This document shows positions 25,995 to 38,830 of a DNA stretch of 64,000 bases, one piece after another. The notes under the pieces were generated by a model. It made no database searches and had not been told where the DNA came from. It saw only the letters and a program-made list of their open reading frames with translations. How positions within the stretch are numbered: position 1 is the stretch's first letter; each line of letters opens with the position of its first letter. The stretch comes from Dendrobates tinctorius (Eukaryota): the NCBI RefSeq assembly GCF_039654945.1, contig NW_027361737.1, positions 13,020,001-13,084,000 of the forward strand, written 5' to 3'. The position numbers and the translations under genes are program-made.

Positions 25995-27322
25995 TAACTC
26001 TTACTGTAATCTGGTGACAGAAAAAATGAGGCGGGGGATTGGGAGTGACTTCAGAGATGAATATTATCTATGACATCACCACTAAAATAATTTAAAAAAC
26101 TAAATGTTTGGTATTGGTTTCTCCATCATGAAGAGAATCCTATTGGATGGTCATTTTTACCACAAAATGTTCTCCAGGAGCGGACACTGACAGCTTGGGG
26201 CCCCTGTGCAAGAAATGTCTGGGCCCCCCTCCCTGCCGGATATGCTGCTTATGATGAGAGCAATCTGGCAATGGGACCCCTGGACCCTCGGGCTCTGAGA
26301 AACCAGACAGATTGCCGTCATTATTGCTGCTCTGCAAGCAGTGACGTACATAGGAATCACAGGGCCCCATAACAAAAGCTGTGGCCAATGTTGGTCAAAT
26401 AAGGGCAGCTCAAGTCTGCCACAATGGGGGCCATTTGTAATTAGTAGCCATGAATTCTTGCTCGTAGGGAGTGGTTCTGTATAAAAGGAAAACCTGAAAT
26501 GTGGATGTTGATGCGTATAATGGCATAAATGACTACAGCTCTGACTGATCAACCAGTGTTTTTTTTTCTTTTTTCTGTGTAAGACTTGGCTTTAAACTGT
26601 TATAATCAAAGTGTTTGACATGGTTCCCAGGCTTTGACTCTCTAGACATTTTTAGCTGATTAGAAGTCCTCCTTCAATTTTTCTCTAGGCTTCTATCCTC
26701 TCGCTTTCCTGCGCTGGCATGATACCAGGTTCAGCGTTACTGGCTTGCTCTACATTGAGGTTGGGAATGCCAGCGGTATTTAAAAATGTTAGTTTTTTTC
26801 TGAAATGCTGTCAGCCACAAAAAAAAAAAAATTGCAAAAAAATTGATACTTTCAGATGCAGGATCCATTGCAATCCTAATAACGATAAAGCCATAGCTAT
26901 ATTATGTATGCGTTTTGCAACTTGAAGAAATCTTGATGTGGGGAACAGAGCGCACAGTAGGGTGATGCCAAAGGGAGGGAGATGGGTAAGTGCTTGGTTA
27001 ACACTCAACCTGGTGGAGTTGTGATAGGCAAAACTCCTATGTGGGCATGAAGAATAACAGCTGCTGCTGCTTTGCTGATAAATCCTCCAGGAAATATTGG
27101 ATCCAGTTGGTTGGAACACGTTGGGTGGGCTGCACTACTGGAGTAAATCAATTCTTCAGCAATGATAATGGCTTCTTTTGCTTTACAAACCTGCACATCA
27201 TCCTTGTAAAAGTCCAATATATCTAAGGGCATAGTATCTGATACTTCAGGAGCAAAAGGATATGTATGCTCATATTGTTCCTACTCTTTATTTTCAGGTG
27301 AGCTCGAAAGTGTTTAAAGATC

Positions 27323-27578
27323 ATGAAGAAGCTCTTCTTGGCTTTACTTACGGTGGTGTACTTGGCGTCTGTGCTGTCTCAGATCAACCTGTTATCGCTT
27401 GAGGAGCTGGGTTCAGATATTGGAATTCAGGTGTTTAATCAAGTGGTAAAGAACAAGCCTTATGACAATGTGGTCATATCTCCCCATGGAGTCGCTTCAG
27501 TCCTTGGCATGCTTCAGCTGGGTGCAGATGGCAAGACAAAAAAGCAGTTGACAACAGCAATGCGGTATAAAGTGAATG
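27323..27578 (+). CDS. SERPINE2: SERPINE2 (protease nexin-1 / glia-derived nexin), first coding exon (exon probably starts at 27298)
   Basis: Signal peptide plus LSLEELGSDIGIQVFNQVVK..NVVISPHGVASVLGMLQLGADGKTKKQL. Acceptor ttttcag ends at 27297; donor GTCTGT at 27579; phase 1. Confidence 0.95.
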
Positions 27579-28592
27579 GTCTGTTTATTTTACTTTTTTC
27601 TTTTTTGTCTTTCTTATAATATGTGGGTTGCACCTTATGTACATTGCATTGCAAACTGAGAATGGAGATCTGTGTATATACTGTAAATTAACTATACTGA
27701 CAATGCATCATACATTTTTTTTTTTCTTTTGTCGAAACCCCTCCATAATGTTTTATCTTAACGTATCCTATTAATTCCATTCTCACCTCTGTTCTGACAT
27801 CCGGAATGGAGAGGTGTAGGATTTGCACCGGGTGATGTATTTGCTGAGCAAAACGGCTACCAGACTGCCTCATGCTTTGGTCCTGTTCTAATAAAAAGTT
27901 GCATTATTGATTTCTCAACTAAACCAACCAAAGCCCACCTTGTGCTTCCTCATGCCCCCTCTGTCTAAAATAAAAAATGGTGTTCACAGATAAGTTTATC
28001 TGACAACTTTGCAACATTTACAAGGTAATTTTGTTTCTCCCACACACTAAGTTACCCCTTTCATGGCCCTCAAAGTATGATGCCAGTTTGTGACCCCCCC
28101 CCCAACACTATGATACCCCCACAGTGAATTTCTCCTCAGTACCCTCCACAAGCCCAGTAGGATGACCCCCCCACAGTGACCCACCCTCCCCACACACACG
28201 GCCATACAATCCTACAACTCTGTATAATCAACCTCTACATTGTACTTATTTAAAAATGAATAAATGCGATCTGCACTTGCAGGCGTGATGTAGTGACATC
28301 ATTACGACTGCTGCGCTGAGATATAAGAGCTCAGTTGCACAAGGAGAATGATGGATGAGGGAGCTCACTGCTGCTCCCTGTTCCATCATTGTTTTCAACT
28401 GTGTCTGCATCCAAACTCAACTCATGGGCTCCTTAGCGGGCCTCACTGCTCTTTAAAGTCCTTTTAAAGATGGGTTCTAAAAGGAAATTAAGCTTCTTGG
28501 TGTGCCGATGAATCTTCCTGTTCAATGTTCCTTAGTATACATGTCGCAACCTGGCCTGTCTTCTCTATGACCCTCAGTTCTGGCTACACTTC

Positions 28593-29277
28593 TGTAGGGA
28601 AGTTGGACTGACGGACAGATCTGCCTGTAGTGAGAGACAGAGGGGGGTAGCGCAGTGTAGGTGTGAAAGCGCTGAGATAAAGAGAAAGGGTGCCGTATTA
28701 TAGTTTGACCATTAGAGGGCAGTGGAGAGTGTAAGAGTGGGACTGAATAACTGCCATTGGTCAGAGAAACTGTCAAGTGATAGTGGGCGGAGCTACCAGG
28801 ACTGGGTAATAAAGGGCTGAGGGAAGGTTCTGGAAAGTCTAGTCAGTGAGGGGAGCACACTTGAGAGGCGGTTCTGCTGCGGAAATAGAGACAGTAGAAA
28901 GGCTCCAGAGAGTACTGACAGTTGAGGCGGTCACGGGGGGTTGCCCAGAGGATGGTAGCCGCAGACTAAGACGGTCTGTGGGTATTGAATGGACGGTGTA
29001 CTAGGATTGGTGAAGTGCTGTGGTGGATGTGCCTAGGGCAGCCACAGTGAAAAGAGCCACAGATGACGCCACGATTATAGTGACAAAGGAAGTGAAGGTA
29101 CCCGGGCCTGCACACAGAAGTGTGGAACTGCTGTGATGAGCTGTGGTGGTCGTCAGAAGGACGGCCAATAAAAACGGACCTGTAGAATACAAACTCTGTC
29201 TCAGTCTCGTGTCTGTCTGCGGCAAGAAGCGGGTCACCCCCCCATCCCTGTTAGTTAAACTTTTCCTCCATTCTACA
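28593..29277 (+). mobile_element. Solo LTR related to the 36759-46057 LTR family
   Basis: TG...CA ends, 4-bp TSD CTTC, and shared blocks (gggtgccgt..gaccattagagggcagtg, gtgaaggtacccggg, aataaa). Confidence 0.85.
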
Positions 29278-29501
29278 CTTCCACTTATCTAGTATAGGTA
29301 AGGCTTGTTGTACGCCTCCACTTGCCTGAGATAAGTAATCCTTCTGCCACTTGATACCAATTCAATCTAGAACTTGCTATCTGAGTATAGTCTCGCTTCT
29401 TCACACACAGCACCTTCACAAAGCAGGACCATAGGTTCTTCCCTCTTCAGTACTTTCTGCTAACTCCCTGACCAAAACACAAGCTGAATTTCATATGCCG
29501 C

Positions 29502-30340
29502 TGTAGGGAAGGTGGACCGACGTACAGACCTGTCTGTAGAAGAAGGGCAGAGGAGTAGTGTATAGAAGGTGGACTGTTGTAGTTAAAGAGGGGAAACAGC
29601 TGGAGATAGGAAGGAGGGCTGTAGTATTGGATTTTGACCATTAGAAGGCAATGGAGAGCTGTGAGGTTAGGACTGAACAATAGCCATTGGCTAAGAAAAC
29701 CGTTGAGTCATGGTGGGCAGAGTTACCAGAACGTGAAGGTTATAAAAGAGGGAGAGAAGGTTCTGGAAAAGTCAGTCAGCGAAGGGAGCACAGGAGACAA
29801 GAAGTATGTTTGAGGAGGGAGGAAAGAAAGGAAGCTCCTGAGAGGACTGACAGTTGTGACTGTTACGGGGGGGTGGCCCTGACAGGATTAGCCGCAGACA
29901 GAGACAGCAGAGATCACAGATGGAGAGCAAAGAGAGGCCGTAGACAGAGACAGCCTGGGCTACCACTAAACCGAACGGACTCGGACTGGAGAAACGCTGT
30001 GGTGGTAAGCCTAGGGCTACCACGGTGAAGGAGCCGCGAGGGACGTCCATTTGCCAACGAAAGAAAGTGAAGGTACCTGGGCCTGTGTACGAAGTCAAGC
30101 AGCTACTGTGTGTGGCTGAGGGGATTGTCGAGCAGCTGCTGTGCGCAGCTGTGGAGGTTTTCGAGCAGCTGCTGTATGAGGCTGCGGAGAATAACGTGCA
30201 ATTGCTGTGAGGTGCTGTGGGTCGTGGAAAGACGATCAATAAAGAAGACCTGTTTAACACGTTCCTGTCTCTGTCTCGAGTCTGTCTGCGGCCAGTAACG
30301 GACCACCCCCCAGTCGGTCCCCCTACCTACACGTACTATA
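29502..30340 (+). mobile_element. Second, more diverged solo LTR of the same group
   Basis: Starts tgtagggaag and shares gaccattaga, gaaggttctggaaa, gtgaaggtacc and aataaa blocks. The 3' end is approximate. Confidence 0.7.
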
Positions 30341-30659
30341 TTCCTCCCTCCTTGGGCTGGCCTCAATAGTTAGCAAACCAGTGCATAAGGTTAAGCGCTG
30401 CAGGCCACAAACTAGATAAAGTAATATAATGCATTGCCATGTTTTAAGATCTTCAAGGGGACTGTGGAGAGCTTCTCCACTCCTTTACAGGAGCACCATG
30501 ATGTCACAAGGAAAAAGTGATAACGAAGTGGCTCTGTGACCACTGACCATTTTGGGTCCATGGCAAGGAAACTCACAGATGTAAATTTCATTGAGAACCT
30601 GTGAACAATTCACACATAGCAAGTGTACAAATAATAGTGATTGTGAAAACCCATTCTTA

Positions 30660-31250
30660 GGACCCTGTCACACATGGCGACTCACCAGCGATCCCGACAA
30701 TGATATCAACTTGTCAGGATTGCTGGTGAGTCGCTACATGATCGCTGGTGAGCTGTCAAACAGCTTCACCAGCGATCAGCACCAGCGACGCCGAACGCGC
30801 AGCGTCGCTGTGTACGTTAGTTACCAGCGCGCCGATGCACGGAGCTGGTAACTAAGATCGACATCGGGTTTCTAAGGGGCGTGCGTCACTTAGAAACTCG
30901 ATGTGTACCTCGGTTACCAGCTCCCTGCACCAGCGCGCTGGTAACTAAGGTACACATCGGGTTTCTAAGCACCGCCCGGTGCTTAGAAACCCTGCATTTA
31001 CCTTAGTTACCAGCGCGCTGATCGCTGGTCTCCCACCTGTCACACGCAGCGATGCGTGCTGGCCAGCGGGAGACCAGCGATCAAAAAAATGTCCTGGCTA
31101 TTTCAGGACGATAAACAATAACCGGCAGGGGGGGCCGGTCGCTGGTCAGTGTCACACACAGCGATCTCGCTGGTGAGATCGCTGTTGCGTCACAAAACTT
31201 GTGACTCAGCAGCGATATCGCTAGTGAGATCGCTATGTGTGACAGGGGCT
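30660..31250. mobile_element. Harbinger-type CpG-rich MITE inserted in a Tc1 remnant
   Basis: ggaccctgtcacacat...atgtgtgacaggggct ends, TTA TSD, and ggtaactaag tandem motifs. Confidence 0.8.
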
Positions 31251-31812
31251 TTACCTAATCAGTGCTTGGAGGTTGTCATCAGTCATGATTTGGCCCAGAA
31301 GCTAATATCAAGCATACCAGGGCGAATTGCAGAAGTCTTGAGAAATAAGGACAACATTATAAATATTGAGTCTTTTACACAAACCTTATGGCTTTATCAA
31401 AAAGATCAATAACTTATGAAAATCTTTTAATTGTACTTCAGTACCTGGAGAAACATTTGACTAAAAGGTCTAAATGCACTTAAGTGTCAAACTGTGCAAA
31501 AATGAAGAATTGTCAATCTCAAGACTTTTGGTCACGACTGTAATGTCCAATCATAGCAGCAATAGTCCTGAAAAGTACATTTGTCAACTTCAGCCATGAC
31601 TTGCCTGCTATTTTATGATCTCTGATCTGGGTCCCAGTGTTGTCTATTTTTTAAAGGTCTTTGTGATGAAGAGCAGTAACGAATTGAAAATATTCTGAGT
31701 CTGTTCTTTAGATTTGCATTTAACTTTTATATCATTTATGCCTGTTTTTTATATTTTTTGTCCTGGATGTTTTACGGTATTTTACCAAAATAAATTAAAT
31801 CTTATTTTTCAG

Positions 31813-32040
31813 TTGTTGGGAAAATATTAAAAAGGATCAACAAGGCAATAGGAGCAAAGAAGAATAAAGATATTGTGAACACAGCCAATGCAGTATTTGC
31901 CAACAGCGGATTCAAGATGGAGGAACCTTTTGTTAGCAAAAATAAAGAGGTCTTTCACAGCCAAGTGAGAAGTGCAGACTTCCAGGACAGGAACACAGCT
32001 GCCTCTATGATCAACCAGTGGGTAAAGAATGAGACAAAGG
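31813..32040 (+). CDS. SERPINE2: SERPINE2 coding exon 2 (228 nt)
   Basis: VGKILKRINKAIGAKKNKDIVNTANAVF...INQWVKNETK; cag / gtaagt junctions; phase 1-1. Confidence 0.96.
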
Positions 32041-32240
32041 GTAAGTGGCTCACAGATGTACCACACTTATTAATGTGATCCCTGGACACACAATGTTTAC
32101 AAGGGGTCCATTAATGTATCATATGGACATACCGTATAACTTACGCTTATGTATAACCAAGAATAAATAAATTCTGTAGAATGTATCAAACTTTTATGTC
32201 CACATATAGGCTCAGGACTGAAAATAGGCAGACATTTATA

Positions 32241-32950
32241 AATTTATTCCCCAAAAAATGGAGAAAATACCCCAAAGCAGTATATATATTTTAAACAAGA
32301 TCATATAGATTTCAAGTAGACACAATAATGCTTATAAACAAAAAACTACTTGAAGAAAGAGAATACCAAAAAAATCGCTTAAAATATTCCATTATATTTT
32401 ATTTAGCATTGACACCAAGAAAATATTAAAAATGAAAAGGGAGCAGGTCAGCACATACAGCAAGACATAATGCAAGTGCACGGTACATACGAGAGGTGAT
32501 TTTTAACCCTAAGGCTACACAAAATATAAGCAATACTGACCAGGGTTCATGCTGGATGTCCTGGCACTGCCACCCTACACGCCAGTATTTTTGTTACTGA
32601 CCTGGCCTCTTTAATGTGATGATTATTGATTGTGTTCTGGAGTTAGCAGGGAGTCAGAATCGGTATAGATATCACTAAAATGGCACACATGCCCTGCACT
32701 TTATATTGAATCTGGTTCTGCTTCTCTGCAATTCTGGTATCACACCTTATTGGATTCTGACTTCTTATAATTATGTCTTGCTGTATGTGCTGACCTGCTC
32801 CTCTTTCATTTTTAATATTTGCTTGTTATGTGTCTGGTTTTATTATGTGTTTTACTTTTCTTGGTGTCAATGCTAAATAAAATATAATGGAATATTTTAA
32901 GTGATCTTTTTTGGTATTCTCTTTTTTTCAAGTACCATAGTTTTTTTGTT
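32241..32950. mobile_element. Older non-coding inverted-repeat retro-insertion (Penelope-like architecture)
   Basis: Arms about 32333-32470 and 32770-32950 are reverse complements. Flanked by 16/17-identical direct repeats ataggcagacatttata / atagacagacatttata. Confidence 0.65.
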
Positions 32951-33231
32951 ATAGACAGACATTTATAGATTGTCTAGTTTTTAAAAAGTGCAAAACTCAG
33001 TTTGGGATATCTTTATAAACATGTTTACTATGATCATACAAATGCTTCACCTATTCACATCTGATTATCGCTAAGAAAACAAAATTTTTACATATAATTA
33101 TATTATTTTATAGTCATTCTGTTCCAAGGGTCAGTACAATCTCAGAAATTTGGAGCACATAAGGCATAGTGTGACAAATCCATGGAGAATTTTAAGCTGC
33201 GCTCAGGTTCATCTCTATCTGTATTTTATAG

Positions 33232-33429
33232 GTATGATCGACAACCTAATTTCTCCAGAATTGATAGACAGCTCAATGACCAGATTGGTAGTAATCAATG
33301 CCCTGTATTTCAAGGGTCTATGGAAATCTCGTTTCCAACCAGAAAACACTAAAAAACGGACTTTCCATGGTCCCGATGGAAGGACTTATCAAGTCCCAAT
33401 GCTGGCCCAACTTTCTTTGTTCCGTAGTG
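33232..33429 (+). CDS. SERPINE2: SERPINE2 coding exon 3 (198 nt)
   Basis: MIDNLISPELID..TRLVVINALYFKGLWKSRFQPENTKKRTF..YQVPMLAQLSLFRS; tag / gtaagt junctions. Confidence 0.97.
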
Positions 33430-34564
33430 GTAAGTGTTAACTTATTTCCTTCCTATACTATTGAGACGTAATTAGTGATAAAAGTAAATAGAAGATACAC
33501 TTGTCCAGAAAATAGCAAGCAGAAAACCCATACATATTAATTTCCTGTTAGTCTTTCCCCAGATAAAAATGGATGAGATCAACTCCTACCAAACACGTTG
33601 GACTATGTTCCCACAATGAGCTTTTGGGGAGTTTTGATGTTGTAGAGTGTTGAAGCACTTTTATCAAAACTTTTATCATCATAATATATTGCAGTCATCA
33701 TATTATATAGCACTGTGTACTTACAATTGCTCATTTTGCCTTTCCACCCAGATAATTCTTCTCTTTTCCATTAGGTCTATGACATCGCATGATTAAATAT
33801 AGACAAGCTGAATCCTTCTAAACTATATAGAAAAAAAGGAGTTTCTTTTCACTGCAGGAGTTATCACTGTGAAAGTCCCTGATAGGGGGAAGGAGGAGCA
33901 GCTGGGTCAGGAGTTGAAGAGGGGAATGATAAATTTAGGGACAAGAAACTTCTTGTTTCTACATAGAGTAAAGAAAAGAGAAGAATTCATATGTTCTCTG
34001 AGAGCTGCTTCCAGACATGTCTGGTAGTGGCTTATCTCAAAGAGAACAAAAGGATCGGTAGTCCAAAATCGGATCCTTAACTTCCCTGACAATTTAATTT
34101 TCTGTGGCCCCCATAAATATTAGACTGTGGCAAATCCCACAATTATTGGCGGCTTCAGCTAACAATGGTCTGTTTATGGGGAAGCTTAACGTGCATAAGA
34201 AAGTTTCCTACTGTTGTTTGAGCGTGGGGTTGGACTATTACTGCAGCATGATACCTCTACATCCACTAAAGGCTCAAGGAAAAAGAAAATAAAACAAAGC
34301 TTTGATTTTCTGGCCTACTTATTTTTTTTCCCATTTCTCGGTTGTAAATTAAATGTGAGACCAAAGAAGATCGACATAAAGGAGGAATTTTATTTCCTTG
34401 TATGCATTTTAAGCTTTGTATATCAAGGGGTTGTCCACTGCACGTCAATATATTGGCAAATAATTTATAAATAAGCCATGGCAGTAGAAAAATCAAATTT
34501 TCACAATAATATAGGGATATGTACCCACCTGCATAGAGCAAAAATGACTATACAGCCATACATA

Positions 34565-35858
34565 CGAGGGGCGATCCAAAAGTAATGATAATCAATAATA
34601 AACACAATGAATATAGTAAAAAAAAATAAATTATTTTTCTACATAGTCTCCTAACAAGTCTATACATTTAGTCCATCTCTTTTCTAAACTTAGAATTCCC
34701 TTCGAAAAAAATTCTTGATCTTGACCCTCAAAAAACTCCCCAACGGCGGTTATCACGTCGCTATTGTCATCAAATTTCTTGCCCCGGAGGTGTTCCTTGA
34801 GCCGAGGAAAGAGAAAGAAGTCACTGAGGACTAGATCTGGTGAATAGGGGGGGGTGTTCCACCAGTTCAAAGCCCGCTTCTTGAATGGTAGCCATGGCAA
34901 CTGCAGCTTTGTGAGCCGGTGCGTTATCTTGGTGAAACAGCACTCCAGCCCGCAGTTTGCCGCGCCTTTTCTCCTTGATAGCCTCCCGCAATCTTCTTAT
35001 TTGTTCTGCTTAGTAGGAGCCCGTAATAGTGGCTCCCTTCTCCAAATAGTCCACCATAATAATTCCTTCAGTGTCCCAAAAAACAGACGCCATAACCTTC
35101 CCTGCTGAGCTTGACACTTTGAATTTCTTCGGCGACGGTTCGTCGGCTCGTTTCCATGTCATCGATTTGTGTTTAGTTTCGGGATCAAAGTGGTGGATCC
35201 AGGTCTCATCCATGGTCAAAAAACGTGACAAAAAATTCTCCTTGTCTGCTTGGAACTTTTCGAGATTTGCAATTGAAATGTCAACTGGTTTCTTCTTTTG
35301 CTCGTCGGTTAACACTTTTGGCACCCAACGCGCGGAGACCTTTCTCATATGCAATTCTTTTGCAAGGATTCTTTGAATACTGCTATGAGATCCCTGTGAC
35401 CTCAGCTACATGCCTGATAGTCACTCTTCGATCTGCCAACACAACTTCTTCAACTTTTCACGTTTTCTTCATTGAGGGACGTGGATGGGCGTCCTTCGCG
35501 ATGTTCATCTTCCGTCGACGTTCTTCCCAGCTTAAATTCCTTGGCCCAGCCTGCAACTGTGGAATATGGAGGAGAAGAGTCCCCCAATGTTTCCACCATG
35601 TTGCTGTGTATGTCTTTGGTAGACATTTTTTTCAAGCAGAGGTATTTGATGACAGCTCTGAGCTCGTTTTTTTCCATTTTGATGTTCACTCCTTGGCAGT
35701 TCATATTCAAATGAATGTAGCTCCCAGGAATTGTGGCCTATTTAAGTGATTTTTTTTTTCCTGGACTAGTGGGTACCTAAGAGAGAAGAAAACATTTTAT
35801 TTTAATTTCTGTGTGCAATAGAAATAACCGATTATCATTACTTTTGGATCGCCCCTCG
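34565..35858 (-). mobile_element. mariner (DD34D) transposon, full length 1294 bp, frameshifted transposase
   Basis: Perfect TIRs cgaggggcgatccaaaagtaatgataatc, TA TSD, and motifs MEKNELRAVIKYL, WVPKVL, DETW and YSPDL. Confidence 0.95.
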
Positions 35859-37773
35859 TATGTATTTATATCAAGTGATTTGTAGGCTTCTAACAGCTAT
35901 GGTACCATGAATCAATAAACAGTTAATCAGTAATCAAAGGTATACATAGATAAATCAATGGTATAGTTACACCACACCCGACGTGCGTTTCGCTATGAAA
36001 ATTATTACCTAATTTATTATATGTATATCTTCATGTGTTCCCCACTGCATTCTGCAACTGCAGAAAGCATTCACTGGTAGCATCTATTGTGAACATTTAT
36101 TTGATTTTTCTACTGCCATGGTTTCTATGTATTTATGAATTATGTGCTAATATATTGACTCTTTTGGTATACAAATATATACGCTATGGCTGTATGTATT
36201 TACAATCCTGGTGGTTCCCACTTTTCCTTTCTGTATTTGTGGTGTTTTGCTCCATGCTTTTATATTTTTTATTACATATCTTGTTTCAATAAAAGTATAT
36301 CATTGTGATTTGGCTGTGCGTAAAGCTCTTTTTTGGCATTATATTATGTCTTATTTGCTTTATGGCCCTTATGCAGGATAATAGTCGGTGTGTCAAAGTA
36401 ATACTCTATTTAATTCATCTTCTGTCTCTACTACTATGCGAGTTACAGCAAAGATCAATTTACCCGTGCCAGTGGCCTACCTAGGGTTCACTGAACCCTG
36501 GTGCAAAATTTAGACCTGGGCCCCCACCTTCATGTTGGTCACATGTAATACTAGATCCTATAAAGACATTTGTTCTTGAGGCAACCCCCCCCCACCAACC
36601 CATCCTGCATGTAATAATGTCTTCCATCCTGGCACCTTGTTGTAGTAATCTCCAATCTGGCCCATTCCAGAAATAATGCTCCCCCATCCTGGGCCCCTTC
36701 CATTCTTCTCCAGCACATTTTAAAAAGAAGCGAACTCTGCTCCCATGTCGCGTGCCATTGTGGGGAGGTTGACCTGGCAGATGGATCTGCCTTTAGTGGT
36801 AGGCAGAGGGATGGCTCAGCGTAGGAATGGAAGCGCTGAGATGAAGAGGAAATGGGTGCCGTGCTGTATAGTGACCATTAGAGGGCAGTGAGGAGCGGAG
36901 AAGAAAGTGGTTATTTAACGGCCATGGGTCAAGGTCATTGTCATTGGTCAGAGGTCTCTGTCAGGTGATAGTGCGCGGAGCTACCAGGGCAGGTAGTATA
37001 AAGGCTGAGGGAAGGTTCCAGAAGTTCCAGTCAGCCAGGGGAGCTCACTAGATAGGAGGGTCTGCTGTGAAGTGAAAGGCAGCGGAGGGCCCTCAGAGAG
37101 GATCTGACAGGAGAGACGGTCACGGGGAGTGGCCCAAAAGACAGCAGCGGCAGACAGACTGTCTGAGTGACAAGTAACGGTGTACTCTGAACGGTGAAGC
37201 GCTGTGGTGGAAGTGCCTAGGGCAGCCATAGTGAGGAGAGCCACAGAGGACGCCATGACTGTGAAACAGAGGAAGTGAAGGTACCCGGGTCTGTGTAAAA
37301 AGGGAAGTGTGTAATTCCTGTGACAAAGTGCTGGGAGTCGTCAAAGAACGGTGAATAAACACGGACCTGTTGAACTCCATTTCTGTATCAAGTCTCCAGT
37401 CTGTCGGCATCAAGAAGTGGGTCACCCCCCCAGTTCGGTTGGATCAGCACACCTTCCCCGCTTATCAGCATCAACAACACTAGATCACGCCCTTGCTCAG
37501 CCCGACCACTACATTTGGCGTAGTCGGCAGGATCGTTGATGCCAATACAACATCTTCAGCGGCTAGCCTGCCACCAAGTAACAAAGGCCCCCAAGCTGTG
37601 TGGGGTGAAGAATTTTTTCTTCTCTCCGTTCCCTGTGGATTACAATTTAAAAACTGGACTGTGGATTGCTAGCTGTTAACAAGCGGATCCGGAGCGGAAA
37701 AGTGCTTTGTTAAAAATGGCTGTGGTAATTTGGCACCAAAAGAAGGAGACACAGGCGTTTACAACTGAACTGG

Positions 37774-38830
37774 ATGACCCGGGGCTATATATCAAATCCG
37801 CCCCTGGGGGGAGTGGTGTTCATCTGGAGAGACCTGCTGCGGCTGTTTGGCGCCATTCGCCTACTGGACCCCAGGTGGCATGAGACGTTGCAGCTGTCGG
37901 GGTATCTGGCTCCTGGAATGGCGGTGGCGCCAAGAAATGGAGGCTCATCAGGAGACCTGCCCAGGGAGTCTCCCCGCGGAACTGACGGGCCTGGAGCCGG
38001 CCCTGCCGGATGGCGGGGTGAAGGTCAACGACCGGAGAGGGAGCCGTGGGAGAGCCTACTGGGAGCTGCGGCGGCTGTGAAGGTGAGTGTGCCCCCCGGT
38101 CCCGCCGGTGGTACTCCAGGCAAACCTCAGCCCCACGCTCCATGTATCGGACAGACCACGGGGCCCTGACACGGCCCTCGGCCTCCCCGCCTGACTCCTT
38201 ACGCCGTGGTACCTCCCACTCTGGATGACGGCGTGGCCCCCGCCAAGTTGACTGCCGCTGCAGCGTTCCCACCCCCGGTCGCTGCTGAAATCGGACCATC
38301 AGCTACAGTGGATGACTCACCGGCAACTGCGGTCGCTGCTTCATCGGCAGCCCTGCCTGCGGTTGATTTGCCGGAGCCTGTGATCGCCTTAAGTCCATCT
38401 GCGGCCTCCCCCGCGGCCACACCAATGTCACCGTCAAAGATGGCTGCGGCCTACTCACTACCGGAGTCTGCGGCCACTCCTGCCCCTCCCTCGACCGCGG
38501 CCCGCCCACCGGACTCTGCGTCCTATGCCGGACCCTCCGCTTGGGTTGCGGAGGTCATCGAAGGAAAGAAGGCCAGAGAGCGGGAGATTTGGGGGCTACT
38601 TCATGAAAAAAGAGAGGCTGGCATGGCGGTTCCACGATCCATCGGGAGGCTGGTGCACACGAATCGGGAATAAGGATATGGCTTCATCCGGGATCGCGCC
38701 ACTGGTGAGAGTGTATTTAAATGTGGCGTCCATCCGTCATGGCCGGGCTCTACAGGACGGAGACTGGGTCTCTTATCATAAGGAGTACTGCCTCCGAGGT
38801 TACTACGCTGTGGCAGTAATTGCTTGTCCT
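37774..38830 (+). pseudogene. Ala/Pro-rich ORF ending in a cold-shock (OB-fold) domain; one stop and one frameshift within the domain
   Basis: Reconstructed GRLVHTNRE*GYGFIRDRATGESVF/LNVASIRHGRALQDGDWVSYHKEYCLRGYYAVAV at 38644-38822. Confidence 0.65.

Noticed and set aside
34160-34200. LFMGKLN resembling the serpin terminal exon motif
   Set aside because: It lies upstream of later exons, has no acceptor or proper stop context, and is a chance match in intronic sequence.
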